A DNA stretch of 64,000 nt. Source: an uncultured bacterium. GTDB taxonomy: Bacteria; Patescibacteriota; Saccharimonadia; UBA4664. Positions 26,116 through 35,340 of this stretch are shown piece after piece; the stretch's first letter is position 1; each line of letters opens with the position of its first letter. Where the stretch lies: the NCBI GenBank assembly GCA_963720265.1, contig CAVRET010000002.1, positions 456,704-520,703 on the forward strand. The letters run 5' to 3'. The position numbers were made by a program, and so were the translations under genes. The notes beneath the pieces were generated by a model. It was not told where the DNA came from, made no database searches, and saw nothing but the letters and a program-made list of their open reading frames with translations.

Positions 26116-27687
26116 AGCATTCATTTTCTTCGCGTCTGCGATTGCAGAAAACGCACTGTTAAGCTCAAAAACCAACGTTGAGCCTTCCAGTTGGGTGTTC
26201 GAAAGTACGAACTGGATGAGCCGCCTCTTTGTGCTGACAGGAGTTCTCTCGTTCAGGAAAATCTCGCTGGCTCGGCTAGCGACTTCTAAGACCTTGGACG
26301 CGGATACCACAAAGCGCTCGTTGCCCTGGCTGTGGTCTTTTATTTGCTCTAGCACATCAGCTTGGCGCTGCGCCTTTTCGCCAATCAGCTCTTCGAACAA
26401 CTCAGGCTTAATCTTGAATTTTGAGCGGTCTCGAAACATATCTTTAATCTCTTCATCCAGGCGCTTGTATTCTTTCTGCAGCGAGTCCACTTGGCGCTTG
26501 TAGTAATCTTGCTCGCCGTTAAACTCTCTCTCCAGGTCTTCGACCAGCTTTGGCAGCATGTCTCCTGGTATTCTGAACGACTCCAGTATTGCTACTATCT
26601 GGGCGTTGATTACCTTCTCGTTCACCCACTTCGCCCCGTGTTTACCCCCGTACTCTGTGCACTTTAGGTAGTAGTTGCCACCGTTCTTCGGCCCGTCGGT
26701 CGATACAGTGTAGCCGCATGTTCCGCACCTGAGCATATCTTTGAACAGGTATTCTTTTCCCACCAACTTGGTTCTCTGCTTTGAGCGCTTCGCATCTACT
26801 GCTTTCACCTTTTGCCACATCCACGGGTCAATCAGCGGCTCGTATTTGTGAGGGTATTGTTTGCCCTCGTAAACCATCGTGCCAGAGTAAAACGGGTTCA
26901 TCAGGAAATGCTGGACCTGGGTTTTCGGAATCGGCTTCTTCTTAATACTGGAGACCATGCCCTTTTTTCGCAGCTCTTTGGTGATTGCACCATACGACAA
27001 CCCTGCGGCCCGCATCTCGAAAGCCTCTCTTACGAACTGCCTCTTCTCAGGGTCTGCCTCAATATCTTTGATTGGGTCTCCCTTGGTAGTGTAGCCAACG
27101 ATAATGTTCCGGTAGCCAATTGGCGCTTTCCCTGGCCACTCCTGGTCGGCCAGCTTTTGCTCAAATTTGCGGCGTACATTGTCTCTTATTGCGGAACTAT
27201 AATAACTGGCCAGTGCTACGCCAATGTCTAAGCGGAATAGGTCGGCTGCTGGCGAATCTTTGTGTACAAACAAATTGTCCGCTGGAAAATGAAGCTCAAT
27301 TTTCCCCGCCCGCATCAACTTTGTCATGATGCTCTTTTCTTCACTTGAGCTATCGCGAGTGTAGCGGTCAATTTTGTCGAAAGTGACTATGACTAGGCCT
27401 TCCGCCTGCTTGAGCGGCTGAAGCACCAGCTCGCTGAAGGTTTTCCTGGCCTTGCCGTAATATGCCGACTCATCAAATTCCGCGTACGCGTAACGTTCCG
27501 GTCTTTTCTCCACATATTCGACCAGCCGTTTGCGCTGTGCTGGCAGCGCCGGCCTTTGGCTGGCATCAGAGACCCGTGCCACAGCTAAGATAAAACTGTC
27601 GCCGGATTCTGCGAGACGTTCCACCTTCTCTGCTTTCTCGGGCATGAAGCTGTCGCCTTCAAACATCGCCATTGCCTGTGTTTTCAT
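26050..27687 (-). CDS. Large serine recombinase (integrase)
   Basis: 545 aa. N-terminal resolvase catalytic domain '...ILAVARVSDASQRPALPAQ' (catalytic Ser), a recombinase domain, a zinc ribbon 'CGTCGY...C', and a coiled coil. The C-terminal 22 codons overlap the tRNA-His 3' end. Confidence 0.9.
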   Translation of the reverse strand: MKTQAMAMFEGDSFMPEKAEKVERLAESGDSFILAVARVSDASQRPALPAQRKRLVEYVEKRPERYAYAEFDESAYYGKARKTFSELVLQPLKQAEGLVIVTFDKIDRYTRDSSSEEKSIMTKLMRAGKIELHFPADNLFVHKDSPAADLFRLDIGVALASYYSSAIRDNVRRKFEQKLADQEWPGKAPIGYRNIIVGYTTKGDPIKDIEADPEKRQFVREAFEMRAAGLSYGAITKELRKKGMVSSIKKKPIPKTQVQHFLMNPFYSGTMVYEGKQYPHKYEPLIDPWMWQKVKAVDAKRSKQRTKLVGKEYLFKDMLRCGTCGYTVSTDGPKNGGNYYLKCTEYGGKHGAKWVNEKVINAQIVAILESFRIPGDMLPKLVEDLEREFNGEQDYYKRQVDSLQKEYKRLDEEIKDMFRDRSKFKIKPELFEELIGEKAQRQADVLEQIKDHSQGNERFVVSASKVLEVASRASEIFLNERTPVSTKRRLIQFVLSNTQLEGSTLVFELNSAFSAIADAKKMNAWGERWGSNPRPTGPQPVALTN

Positions 27688-27896
27688 TTGTTGCCTCCTT
27701 TATTCTTTTCAATGTCCGCAGCCTTCAGGCTTGCGTACTTTTCATCCAGCTCGTTTTGCCTATCTTGCTCAATCAGCAATTTCAGATAGCCAATCAACCC
27801 GTCTTGTTGCTGCGGCCCGTCAGGTCGCAACGCTTGTTTTGCTAGTTTTTCAAATCGCTTTTTTCTGCGGCTCATTTTGCCTCCGTTCGCACCCAA
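27684..27896 (-). CDS. Small basic/acidic helical protein upstream of and overlapping the integrase (possible recombination directionality factor)
   Basis: 70 aa. 4-nt overlap with the integrase start. No motif recognised. Confidence 0.35.
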   Translation of the reverse strand: MGANGGKMSRRKKRFEKLAKQALRPDGPQQQDGLIGYLKLLIEQDRQNELDEKYASLKAADIEKNKGGNK

Positions 27897-28136
27897 AAGG
27901 GGCGACTCCGGTTGACCCAGCTAGGCTCAAGAAGAGCTGTTACCGGCGGAGCCGCCCCTAAGGAGCGGTAAAGCCACTAAAAAACTTCTTGGGCAAAATC
28001 TAGCTTGGGTCAACGAATTAATTATAATCCGGTGAATCATAGATATCTAATAGACTTATCCACTTAGAAGAGGGAATCTAATTGGATATCCAATAGTATT
28101 TAGGTATCCATATAGACATCTATATAGCTATATAGA

Positions 28137-28529
28137 TTAGGGTGGTTTATTCGAGTCTTTTTCTAGCTCTTCAAAGGCTTTATCCATAAGTTCGTCCAGG
28201 TTCTCGATATCCTCATCGGTAGGGAGAATATCAGGAGTTTTCAGGGCCTCAACAGCTTCGAGTACAAGGCTCTCAATTTTCTTCCTCAGCACTGATTCTT
28301 TTGTCAGCTCAATCGGCTTGATGTAACCATTACCGCGCTTAAACGCCGGCATCTGGACCCACAAGTCCCCGTAGCGAGGCGAGCGGCGAACACTAATGCT
28401 GTTAATGAACAGCTCAATGTCCGGAAAGTTGACTTTAACGAGGTAATATTCAGCCTTGTCATCGCGGTAGTACACCTCTGCCGTAGCAAGGTCAAGGCTG
28501 AGGAAAATTTTAGTTGGCTGGTCGCTCAT
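28137..28529 (-). CDS. SpoVG-like protein (phage or plasmid-borne)
   Basis: 'VKVNFPDIELFINSISVRRSPRYGDLWVQMPAFKRGNGYIKPIEL' resembles the SpoVG core (hhhDIRVh..G.LFVAMPSKR..G...DIAHPI). Start uncertain. Confidence 0.4.
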   Translation of the reverse strand: MSDQPTKIFLSLDLATAEVYYRDDKAEYYLVKVNFPDIELFINSISVRRSPRYGDLWVQMPAFKRGNGYIKPIELTKESVLRKKIESLVLEAVEALKTPDILPTDEDIENLDELMDKAFEELEKDSNKPP

Positions 28530-28815
28530 TCGTACCATCCTCATGCTCATTTTTAACTTCAGAATGTTGCCCGCCGTACAGCCACGATTTCAACCTACGA
28601 GTTGCGTCGTGATACAGCCTGGGGTTCAATTCGATGCCGTCATCCCAATACAGTTCCACTACAGAGCGCAGTTCCGGCGAGTCCCAAAAAACAAAACCAA
28701 CCCGCCGCTGATTACTCCGGTCCAGGCCAATCGCTTTGAAGCCTTTGGCAGCCAGGACCGCAGCTAGCGGCAGGTCGGATGTAGTGAATTGTTTTTCAGC
28801 CAGTGCCATTCTCAT
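28510..28815 (-). CDS. DUF5659-like phage-associated protein
   Basis: 'FTTSDLPLAAVLAAKGFKAIGLDRSNQRRVGFVFWDSPEL' matches my recollection of DUF5659. Confidence 0.4.
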   Translation of the reverse strand: MRMALAEKQFTTSDLPLAAVLAAKGFKAIGLDRSNQRRVGFVFWDSPELRSVVELYWDDGIELNPRLYHDATRRLKSWLYGGQHSEVKNEHEDGTNERPAN

Positions 28816-28878
28816 CCTGCGTGATTACAGGTGTGAGCTTAGCCTAGTAATTTTCCGTGGTATAACCCCTAAATGAGT

Positions 28879-29571
28879 TCACTTACGTTTTGACTGGCGT
28901 TCAAATGTGCGAATAAGGCCAGGAATTTGTGTATAGTCGTAGATTCCTCCAAGCTCTTCCTCAATGCGGGCAGCAATCTCGCGGTTTGTAAGGTTGGGGT
29001 CTTCTTGCTTCAATTCTGCTGCTCGCCGTCCGTCTTCCAACCTTTCATCATCTAACGCTCTTATTTGGTGTACTCTTTTATGCTTCAGCGATGCCAGGTG
29101 CCAGCTCACGTCCTTCCACGCCGCTTTCCACTCACGGCTGTTAATGTTGGCATCAACATGCACTATTAGATAATCAAGTGGTTTACCCATATGGTCGCTT
29201 GAGCGGACGCCCACATTAGTTGTGGGCCGCAGTTTACTGCGGTCACCGTAGGTAATGAAATCCGTAATGAAAGAGTCCCAGAAAGGAGAACAGCGATGTT
29301 TGGCAACAAGCTTGGCAGTTGCGTTCTCAAGTAGAGTTGATGGCATACGGGCTAGTATTTTGTCGCCGTCCCAGTCTTTGCCAGCAGCAACGTATGCTTC
29401 TCTGTTGTGCGATAAAAAATAATCGTGGTCGAGGTCAACTCTTTCCTTATACCCGCCTGTCGGATAGCCGAGCCTTCTGCGCACTCGGTCCGCATCTTTG
29501 CGAAACTCTATGTTTTGCAAAAACGCCTCATACGCTTTCTCAGCGGAACTTTTTACTTTGGTGTCAGCCAT
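28879..29571 (-). CDS. hypothetical protein
   Basis: Start chosen at 'MADTKVK', which has a GGAG Shine-Dalgarno 6 nt upstream. 230 aa. No family recognised. Confidence 0.5.
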   Translation of the reverse strand: MADTKVKSSAEKAYEAFLQNIEFRKDADRVRRRLGYPTGGYKERVDLDHDYFLSHNREAYVAAGKDWDGDKILARMPSTLLENATAKLVAKHRCSPFWDSFITDFITYGDRSKLRPTTNVGVRSSDHMGKPLDYLIVHVDANINSREWKAAWKDVSWHLASLKHKRVHQIRALDDERLEDGRRAAELKQEDPNLTNREIAARIEEELGGIYDYTQIPGLIRTFERQSKRK

Positions 29572-29684
29572 TTTCATCTCCATCCTCATCTGGGCATATT
29601 CTCTCACGCCTGGTTGCCAACAGGGGTATCCGGAAGAATTCCTAGTCAATTCACGGCTTGCGGTTTACCTGTCAAAATAAAAAT

Positions 29685-30134
29685 ATGGGGGAGAAGTCAA
29701 CAAAAGTCGGCCGGCCAGCCGCGATAACAACGGCTTGTGTCCAAAAACTGGAACAGGCGTTTCGTGAGGGTTCGGACACGGCAACGGCCTGCCATCTATC
29801 TGGAATTTCGCGGTCTACATACTACCAACGTCTTGCCGACGACTCCGAGTTTTCGGACAAAATGCGGCTTGCGCAAGAGTGGCCAACTGCACTCGCAAGA
29901 AAAACGGTTGTCAGCGAAATTAACAAAGGCAACTTTACTGCCGCGCGCTGGTGGCTTGAGCGCAAGGCATCTGCCGAATTTGGCCAAACTCCGGCTACAG
30001 GTAAGCATCCCGAACCGGCTATCAACCTAACTCAGGCTCAGTGGGATGCAATGCAGCAAGCTTCAGAAGCTGCAATTCGGTTACTGCAGGGTGAGCCGGA
30101 CACAGGCTCGGGGGCTGGCAATCTCGTTGACTGA
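29685..30134 (+). CDS. HTH DNA-binding protein resembling a phage terminase small subunit
   Basis: 'VGRPAAITTACVQKLEQAFREGSDTATACHLSGISRSTYYQRLADDSEFSDKMRLAQE' is a typical TerS-like N-terminal HTH. Confidence 0.5.
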   Translation: MGEKSTKVGRPAAITTACVQKLEQAFREGSDTATACHLSGISRSTYYQRLADDSEFSDKMRLAQEWPTALARKTVVSEINKGNFTAARWWLERKASAEFGQTPATGKHPEPAINLTQAQWDAMQQASEAAIRLLQGEPDTGSGAGNLVD

Positions 30135-30336
30135 GGCAAAAATGACGCGCATACTTTTTGCGTTGACGTTAGACAGTAGTTTTTAGTTTCCGCGCGTTTT
30201 CGCGTGGTTGCGATTTGAGCCTGAATAGGCCGCAATCACCGAAAAATAGTAGGCTCAAACCTGCTGTCTGGCGTCAACAACCTAGGTGGTTGTGGCCTTT
30301 TTAATTGGCCCTCCCCGTTAATAAAGGAGGCGCGTC

Positions 30337-30723
30337 ATGGACATTCAGCCAGCCACAAAACCTAAACAAGTAGAGATGCCGCCCGACCAGGCTACGGGCA
30401 AAAAGGTGGCCAAAGGGGTGGCCGGAGGCGCTGCTGGGATTATTATGGGGGTCATCATCGGTATAGTAATGTTCATTGCCGGCCTCTTGCTCACGTTCAC
30501 CATCATTGGGGCAATTATTGGAATCCCGCTCATGATTGCAGCTTTTGTAACGCCGTTTGCGTTTGGCGGAGCGATGGCCAAACACGCAGCCACTGCAATT
30601 GAACTGACATGCCCGTACTGCGACAACAAGGTGTCATGGACAAAACGGAAAAAGGCTGGCGTTTGTAGGGTCTGCCAAAAGCGACTGATAATGAAGGGTA
30701 ACAAGCTTCAGGTTGTTGAGTGA
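30337..30723 (+). CDS. Membrane protein with a C-terminal zinc ribbon
   Basis: Strong Shine-Dalgarno (aaggagg). Two TM helices, then 'CPYCDNK...CRVCQK'. Confidence 0.65.
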   Translation: MDIQPATKPKQVEMPPDQATGKKVAKGVAGGAAGIIMGVIIGIVMFIAGLLLTFTIIGAIIGIPLMIAAFVTPFAFGGAMAKHAATAIELTCPYCDNKVSWTKRKKAGVCRVCQKRLIMKGNKLQVVE

Positions 30724-30870
30724 TGCCGGAGGAGAGTAAGAAATCGGCTGAGCGGTTTGTCTGGCACGAGGGGGATTACGAGCTTGTGCCCACGGAAGAA
30801 TTGGGACGTAGCAGGCAAAACAGACTCAACACGCAAAACCCAAAGGCGCGCGGTGAGAGAGAAAGCCCCG

Positions 30871-31965
30871 CTAGGCCTCCACTTTCCCCTCCAGGCCCTG
30901 GAAGCGCATCGCCCGCCTGAACCCTAATTTTTCCGCCTCTGCGACTGTTGAACAATATTTTTCGCCCAGCCTAGGCTTAATTTTTACTCGGTCATATTGC
31001 TGGTCAAACGGAAGGTGATAAATCTTCTCGCCAGTTGCCGGAGCAATATTGCACTTAATGCAGGCATACGGCTGGGGCAGCTTCTCCTGCTCCTTCATTT
31101 CAATCCCAAGTTCGTTGCCGAACCGCCGCGCCAGGTCCGAGACATTGGTTGTTGTGTAGAAGAGAGCACGCACATTCTCGGACCTGTGCTCATCGCGGTA
31201 TTTAAAAACGGTGCCGAAAAACTGAAAAATGTGCTTTTCGTGGAGTAATTTGAACCTTGACCAGTTCTTACATTGAACTACGACAGTCTCTTGGCCCTTC
31301 TTGGCTATCAGGTCACGCCCCAAGTCTTGGCGGCCCTTAATTATGCCCTCATAGCTCACGTCGTACCCCTGCTGCTCGTACACCGACCCAACGTAACGCT
31401 CGTACATTATGCCGATGTGCCATTTTGACTTACGCTTCTTCCAATAGTTATCCAATGCCACCTGGTTGCGCTCACTTGGGGAGAGCGTCTCGTACTGCTC
31501 TTTTGAGAGAAATAATGCGGCATTGTCTTTGGCCTCATCAACCTCAGGCGGCTCATCCGCTTCAACCAAATAACCCTCATCCGCACCAGTGCCATCAAAG
31601 TCCTCTCGTAGCTCGGCCAGCTCTGGCATGAGGGTTTCGTAGTCCTCAACCAGGTAGCGGTACATTCTGCGCTCGGCATCAGCTTCGCGCCGTTGCTTGG
31701 CTATCACCTGCAGTATGTCGCTGGCTTTTGGCGCAGGGTGGGCCTTGTATTTCAGCAGGTCAACGAGCTGCTTGTCCTGCAGTGCCAGATACTCTTCATA
31801 CGCCTTTGCCAGTGTCGGATACCCCTTGGCGTACTCATTCGCCATCTGAGCAATCTCGCGCCTCTGCTGGGCCAGTCTGGGGTAAGTGGCATCAATAAAC
31901 TTTTGTGCCTTTTCGTAGTCGGCCATGAGGCGGCGGAGTTGGTTTAAGAGCTGCTGTGGGTCCAC
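30871..31965 (-). CDS. Coiled-coil protein with an Mrr-type restriction-endonuclease catalytic domain (Mrr_cat) and a C-terminal Zn-finger
   Basis: 'WHIGIMYERYVGSVYEQQGYDVSYEGIIKGRQDLGRDLIAKKGQETVVVQCKNW' is the PD-(D/E)xK Mrr_cat pattern (D...D/E..QCK). C-terminal 'CIKCN...'. GTG start overlapping the stop of the upstream gene by 1 nt (TAGTG). Confidence 0.65.
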   Translation of the reverse strand: MDPQQLLNQLRRLMADYEKAQKFIDATYPRLAQQRREIAQMANEYAKGYPTLAKAYEEYLALQDKQLVDLLKYKAHPAPKASDILQVIAKQRREADAERRMYRYLVEDYETLMPELAELREDFDGTGADEGYLVEADEPPEVDEAKDNAALFLSKEQYETLSPSERNQVALDNYWKKRKSKWHIGIMYERYVGSVYEQQGYDVSYEGIIKGRQDLGRDLIAKKGQETVVVQCKNWSRFKLLHEKHIFQFFGTVFKYRDEHRSENVRALFYTTTNVSDLARRFGNELGIEMKEQEKLPQPYACIKCNIAPATGEKIYHLPFDQQYDRVKIKPRLGEKYCSTVAEAEKLGFRRAMRFQGLEGKVEA

Positions 31966-32489
31966 TAGCGATAGGCCTCATCAAGCTCCTGGAAAAACTG
32001 TCCAAGATAAAGTTCGTCCAGTCTTGGCGAGCCTGCTGGGCCAGTAAAGCCAAAGTCGCAAACGGGGTTTGTGCACCTGTAGCTGTAAATTCCAGCAGCA
32101 CCATTTTGGTATGACCTTTCAACTGTACCCTCCTGGCACTTCGGGCAGTGAATAACTTTCGACTCCCCGAAGTAGCTTTGCCGCTCAACAAACTTACCCA
32201 TTCCATAGCTTGAGAGATAGCGTAACTTGCGCTCAAGTTTCTCAACCGAAGTTGTGCTGAGCTTGTTCTCGCTTACTAGCTGTTGGATCTCAGCAAGTGT
32301 CGCCATGCGGTCAACCGGCTCCGGATTGGGAAGCTCCAGTGGTCGCGCCCCAGCCACACTAGGCTGGCTCCGACGCTGAGCCTTGTACCGGTTGGTTCTA
32401 TGCTCATCATAGCGCTCCCACAGCCAGCCTAGCCCGATTAGTAAGCCAATAATGATAATTACAGTCATGGTTCTGATGTTAAGATACAT
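31965..32489 (-). CDS. Membrane-anchored protein with a C-terminal double zinc ribbon
   Basis: N-terminal TM 'MTVIIIIGLLIGLGWLW'. 'HCPKCQEG...YRCTNPVCDFGF'. Translationally coupled to the downstream nuclease gene. Confidence 0.6.
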   Translation of the reverse strand: MYLNIRTMTVIIIIGLLIGLGWLWERYDEHRTNRYKAQRRSQPSVAGARPLELPNPEPVDRMATLAEIQQLVSENKLSTTSVEKLERKLRYLSSYGMGKFVERQSYFGESKVIHCPKCQEGTVERSYQNGAAGIYSYRCTNPVCDFGFTGPAGSPRLDELYLGQFFQELDEAYR

Positions 32490-32519
32490 CAGTCCACTTG
32501 CTTTGCTAAGGCTCCAATA

Positions 32520-33266
32520 TTACCAGGTGATTACGCTCACCCCCATCTCCTTTAGTTTCTTTTCTTCTTCGGCACTGAGGCCCAGCTCTCGGTTCTCCAT
32601 GTCAAAGCCGTAAGTAATGCCATAAATATTGTGCTTGAAAAAGAATGATTGCCGGCCATTGAGTTGCCTGGGCAAGCCTGAAAATTCGCATTTGTTCTCA
32701 GGGGTCCCAGGCACCACTACCCAGAAACCCTTAAAGTCCCGTACACCCATAATGATTTGGCGTGCTTCATCAAAGCGCGGCTGCAATACATATTCTGCCC
32801 CACGGTCCAGGCACATGAACTCATATGCAATTTTGTAAAGTGCCCTGGCGAAGTTCTTCGCATAATTGGTGGTCATTTTGTCGCCTCGAAGGTGAAGCCT
32901 AAAGTTTACCGACCCGTCAGGTTGCCTAGGCCCTTCTTCGTAATGTTTCGGCGTTGTTTTCGCCATCTCCATGTAAAGACCGCTGCGGTCCGGCTTAACC
33001 TGCATATTTAGGTTGGTCATTCGAACCTCAGGCATCTTACCTTCTTTGTTGGGAACCATAAAATAGGTCCGAAGGTAGGCAATAATCTTGTCTTTCACCA
33101 AAATGGAATCCAGGCCAGCCAGAACCGTATTGTTGCAGTTGTCGCAAACCGTACCCCGTGGCAGCACGTATTTGGTGTTACCAAGGCTCTCTGGCACAAT
33201 ATGCTCTTCCGATGTGAAGCTTCCGTGTTTGGTGAGGCAAAAAACGCACTGCATACCCCCGACCAT
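32520..33266 (-). CDS. HNH endonuclease domain protein with an uncharacterised C-terminal domain
   Basis: 'CVFCLTKHGSFTSEEHIVPESLGN...TVCDNCNN' is a classic HNH (CxxC...H...N...CxxC). Start set at the internal Met; the upstream ORF extension is low-complexity. Confidence 0.7.
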   Translation of the reverse strand: MVGGMQCVFCLTKHGSFTSEEHIVPESLGNTKYVLPRGTVCDNCNNTVLAGLDSILVKDKIIAYLRTYFMVPNKEGKMPEVRMTNLNMQVKPDRSGLYMEMAKTTPKHYEEGPRQPDGSVNFRLHLRGDKMTTNYAKNFARALYKIAYEFMCLDRGAEYVLQPRFDEARQIIMGVRDFKGFWVVVPGTPENKCEFSGLPRQLNGRQSFFFKHNIYGITYGFDMENRELGLSAEEEKKLKEMGVSVITW

Positions 33267-33326
33267 AATGTAATTCGTGGCAAATCTGCAATAAGATAGG
33301 GCTACGTTTGAAAGTTTTAGGGAGAA

Positions 33327-34187
33327 ATGCCGAGAATTAATCCGAAAAAAAGCGATAAACAGGCTGAGTTGGAGAAAGAACTCGATGCGCTGATTGAAAG
33401 CGGGGCTTCCAAGATTGATGGGTATAAGCTGCCCGCTGGAAAGCAAAATCGAAAAACACTTTTTACTCTCGCCACATATGCTGCGGTCAGTGACAGGGCC
33501 GAGGGGATTCTTCTTATGGCGCAAAATTACAAGCCCGACCCAGCTTTTATTATTTTGCGGTCAGCTCAAGAGGGCTATCTTAACCTATGCTACGTTCTAC
33601 AAACCGATAATGATGCGAGACTGCTGGCAATGTTCCATTCTTTGGCAGAGCAGGACGTTCGCCGAGTGAGGTTGCTAGATACGTACCTAAAAACACTAAC
33701 GACCAAATCGGGCGTGCCTGAAGGTCTAAGCAGTGATGCTCACGACGCAATTGCTCGCCTTGAAAAACAGCGCGACCAGGCCCAGCAAGAATTAGCGAAG
33801 CTCGAAGACTCTGAGTTTGCGGCCAAGAGCCTCCCTGACCTTGTCGAGCGCTTACGGCGCTATGATGCAGGGAGTAAAGCCGAGGGCAATGACACTCACC
33901 TGGAGCTGGATTATCGCATGATTTATTTTTTTCTATCTCAGCACACTCACCTTGGGCTTTCGGCTCTAGCGAATAATCTTGGTGAAACCGGCGAGACTGT
34001 TGATTTGAACCCAAAAGACCCTGTCTCCGATTGCGAAATTGTGCTCCACTCCGCATATGCAATTTTAGGCGACACTTTAATGCTGACACTGGCACAAATT
34101 GGCGCTTCAACTGATGGCGTGCTTGAGCAGATGAAGGAAGTTGCCAAGAGACTAAAGCCTGATACAAAAAGTAGCGCTAGCTCATGA
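33327..34187 (+). CDS. Hypothetical protein, first gene of a translationally coupled pair (lower-GC block)
   Basis: 286 aa. The stop overlaps the next start (ATGA). Helical, with no motif confidently recognised. Confidence 0.6.
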   Translation: MPRINPKKSDKQAELEKELDALIESGASKIDGYKLPAGKQNRKTLFTLATYAAVSDRAEGILLMAQNYKPDPAFIILRSAQEGYLNLCYVLQTDNDARLLAMFHSLAEQDVRRVRLLDTYLKTLTTKSGVPEGLSSDAHDAIARLEKQRDQAQQELAKLEDSEFAAKSLPDLVERLRRYDAGSKAEGNDTHLELDYRMIYFFLSQHTHLGLSALANNLGETGETVDLNPKDPVSDCEIVLHSAYAILGDTLMLTLAQIGASTDGVLEQMKEVAKRLKPDTKSSASS

Positions 34188-35152
34188 AGCGTTCAGCCTC
34201 GCAGAAGGTCCAGCTCATTACTAAGTCGCGTGAGGCAACTCTGGCTGCCGTTCAGCTATTCAATAATCCTCTAGCCAGTTTCAAAACAGAGTCCTTCATC
34301 GTTCTCAGTATGATTGCCTGGACTTACATGCTGCACGCGTACTATCGCGCAAAGGGCGTCGAGAACCGCTACTTTGAGCAAGGCCCAGTGCGAAGACGCT
34401 TTGTTCGCAACTCAGACAATAGTTACCGATATTGGGACTTAACAGAGTGCATAAAATCGGAACACTGCCCTCTTGACAGCAACACATCCAACAACCTGCT
34501 GTTCCTTATCGGACTACGCAACCAAATAGAGCACAACAGGCCCGAGGGTTTGGACTCTTACTTGTCTGCTCGCTACCAGGCGTGTATGTTGAACTTCAAT
34601 TTTTACATTAAGAAGCTGCACGGTGAAAAATATGGTCTAGATGACAACCTTACGCTCAGTCTGCAATTCGGCGAGCTTACCTACAACCAAGCGAATGTCA
34701 TAAAAAATAAGGAGAAGCTTATACCTGCCGGCATCAATTCATACATTGCCAGCTTTGACAGCAAATTAAGTGAAAACGAACGCAATAATGAGCGCTATGC
34801 GTACAGGTTGCTGTTTACCAAAACTTCAGCCAAACGCGAAGGTCAAGCTGACAGGGTTGTCGAGTTCCTTGACCCGAATTCCGAGCTAGCTAAGAACATT
34901 GATAAAGAGTATTGGGTAAAAGAGGAAAGAGAAAAGCCCAAATTTCGCCCAACTGACGTGGTCAGGGAAGTCCAAAAAGCAGGCTTCAGAGCGTTCAACA
35001 TCACAAAACACACAGATATGTGGAAGGCCCATGACGCAAAGAGTCTGGCAAAGGGGTACGGCGTTGAAGTGGCAAAGACTTGGTATTGGTACCAAAATTG
35101 GGTGGACTTGGTAATTCAGGAGTTATCCGAGGCGGGCAGAACTCAAATTTGA
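34184..35152 (+). CDS. DUF3644-like protein (a family I recall from abortive-infection and defence-island contexts)
   Basis: 'REATLAAVQLFNNPLASFKTESFIVLSMIAWTYMLHAYYRAKGVE...RYWDLTECI' matches my recollection of the DUF3644 N-terminal signature. 322 aa. Confidence 0.5.
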   Translation: MKRSASQKVQLITKSREATLAAVQLFNNPLASFKTESFIVLSMIAWTYMLHAYYRAKGVENRYFEQGPVRRRFVRNSDNSYRYWDLTECIKSEHCPLDSNTSNNLLFLIGLRNQIEHNRPEGLDSYLSARYQACMLNFNFYIKKLHGEKYGLDDNLTLSLQFGELTYNQANVIKNKEKLIPAGINSYIASFDSKLSENERNNERYAYRLLFTKTSAKREGQADRVVEFLDPNSELAKNIDKEYWVKEEREKPKFRPTDVVREVQKAGFRAFNITKHTDMWKAHDAKSLAKGYGVEVAKTWYWYQNWVDLVIQELSEAGRTQI

Positions 35153-35340
35153 CTATGACAGCACAGTTTTAAACCGAATATCGGCTCCAGGAAGCCGTTA
35201 TTTTGTTGTTTACATCTTTAACCCGTATAGGGCTTCGAACACCAGAATAAGTTCTTTTCGAGCCGAAGGCGAAAGCACACTCTTGAGAGGGGTTATTTCA
35301 AAGTTTTTAACAACAGATAGGGAAAGATTACAATAACGTC

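Noticed and set aside
26036-26503. 155-aa plus-strand ORF beginning within tRNA-His
   Set aside because: It starts inside the tRNA gene and runs antisense to the serine recombinase C-terminus. It is an artefact.
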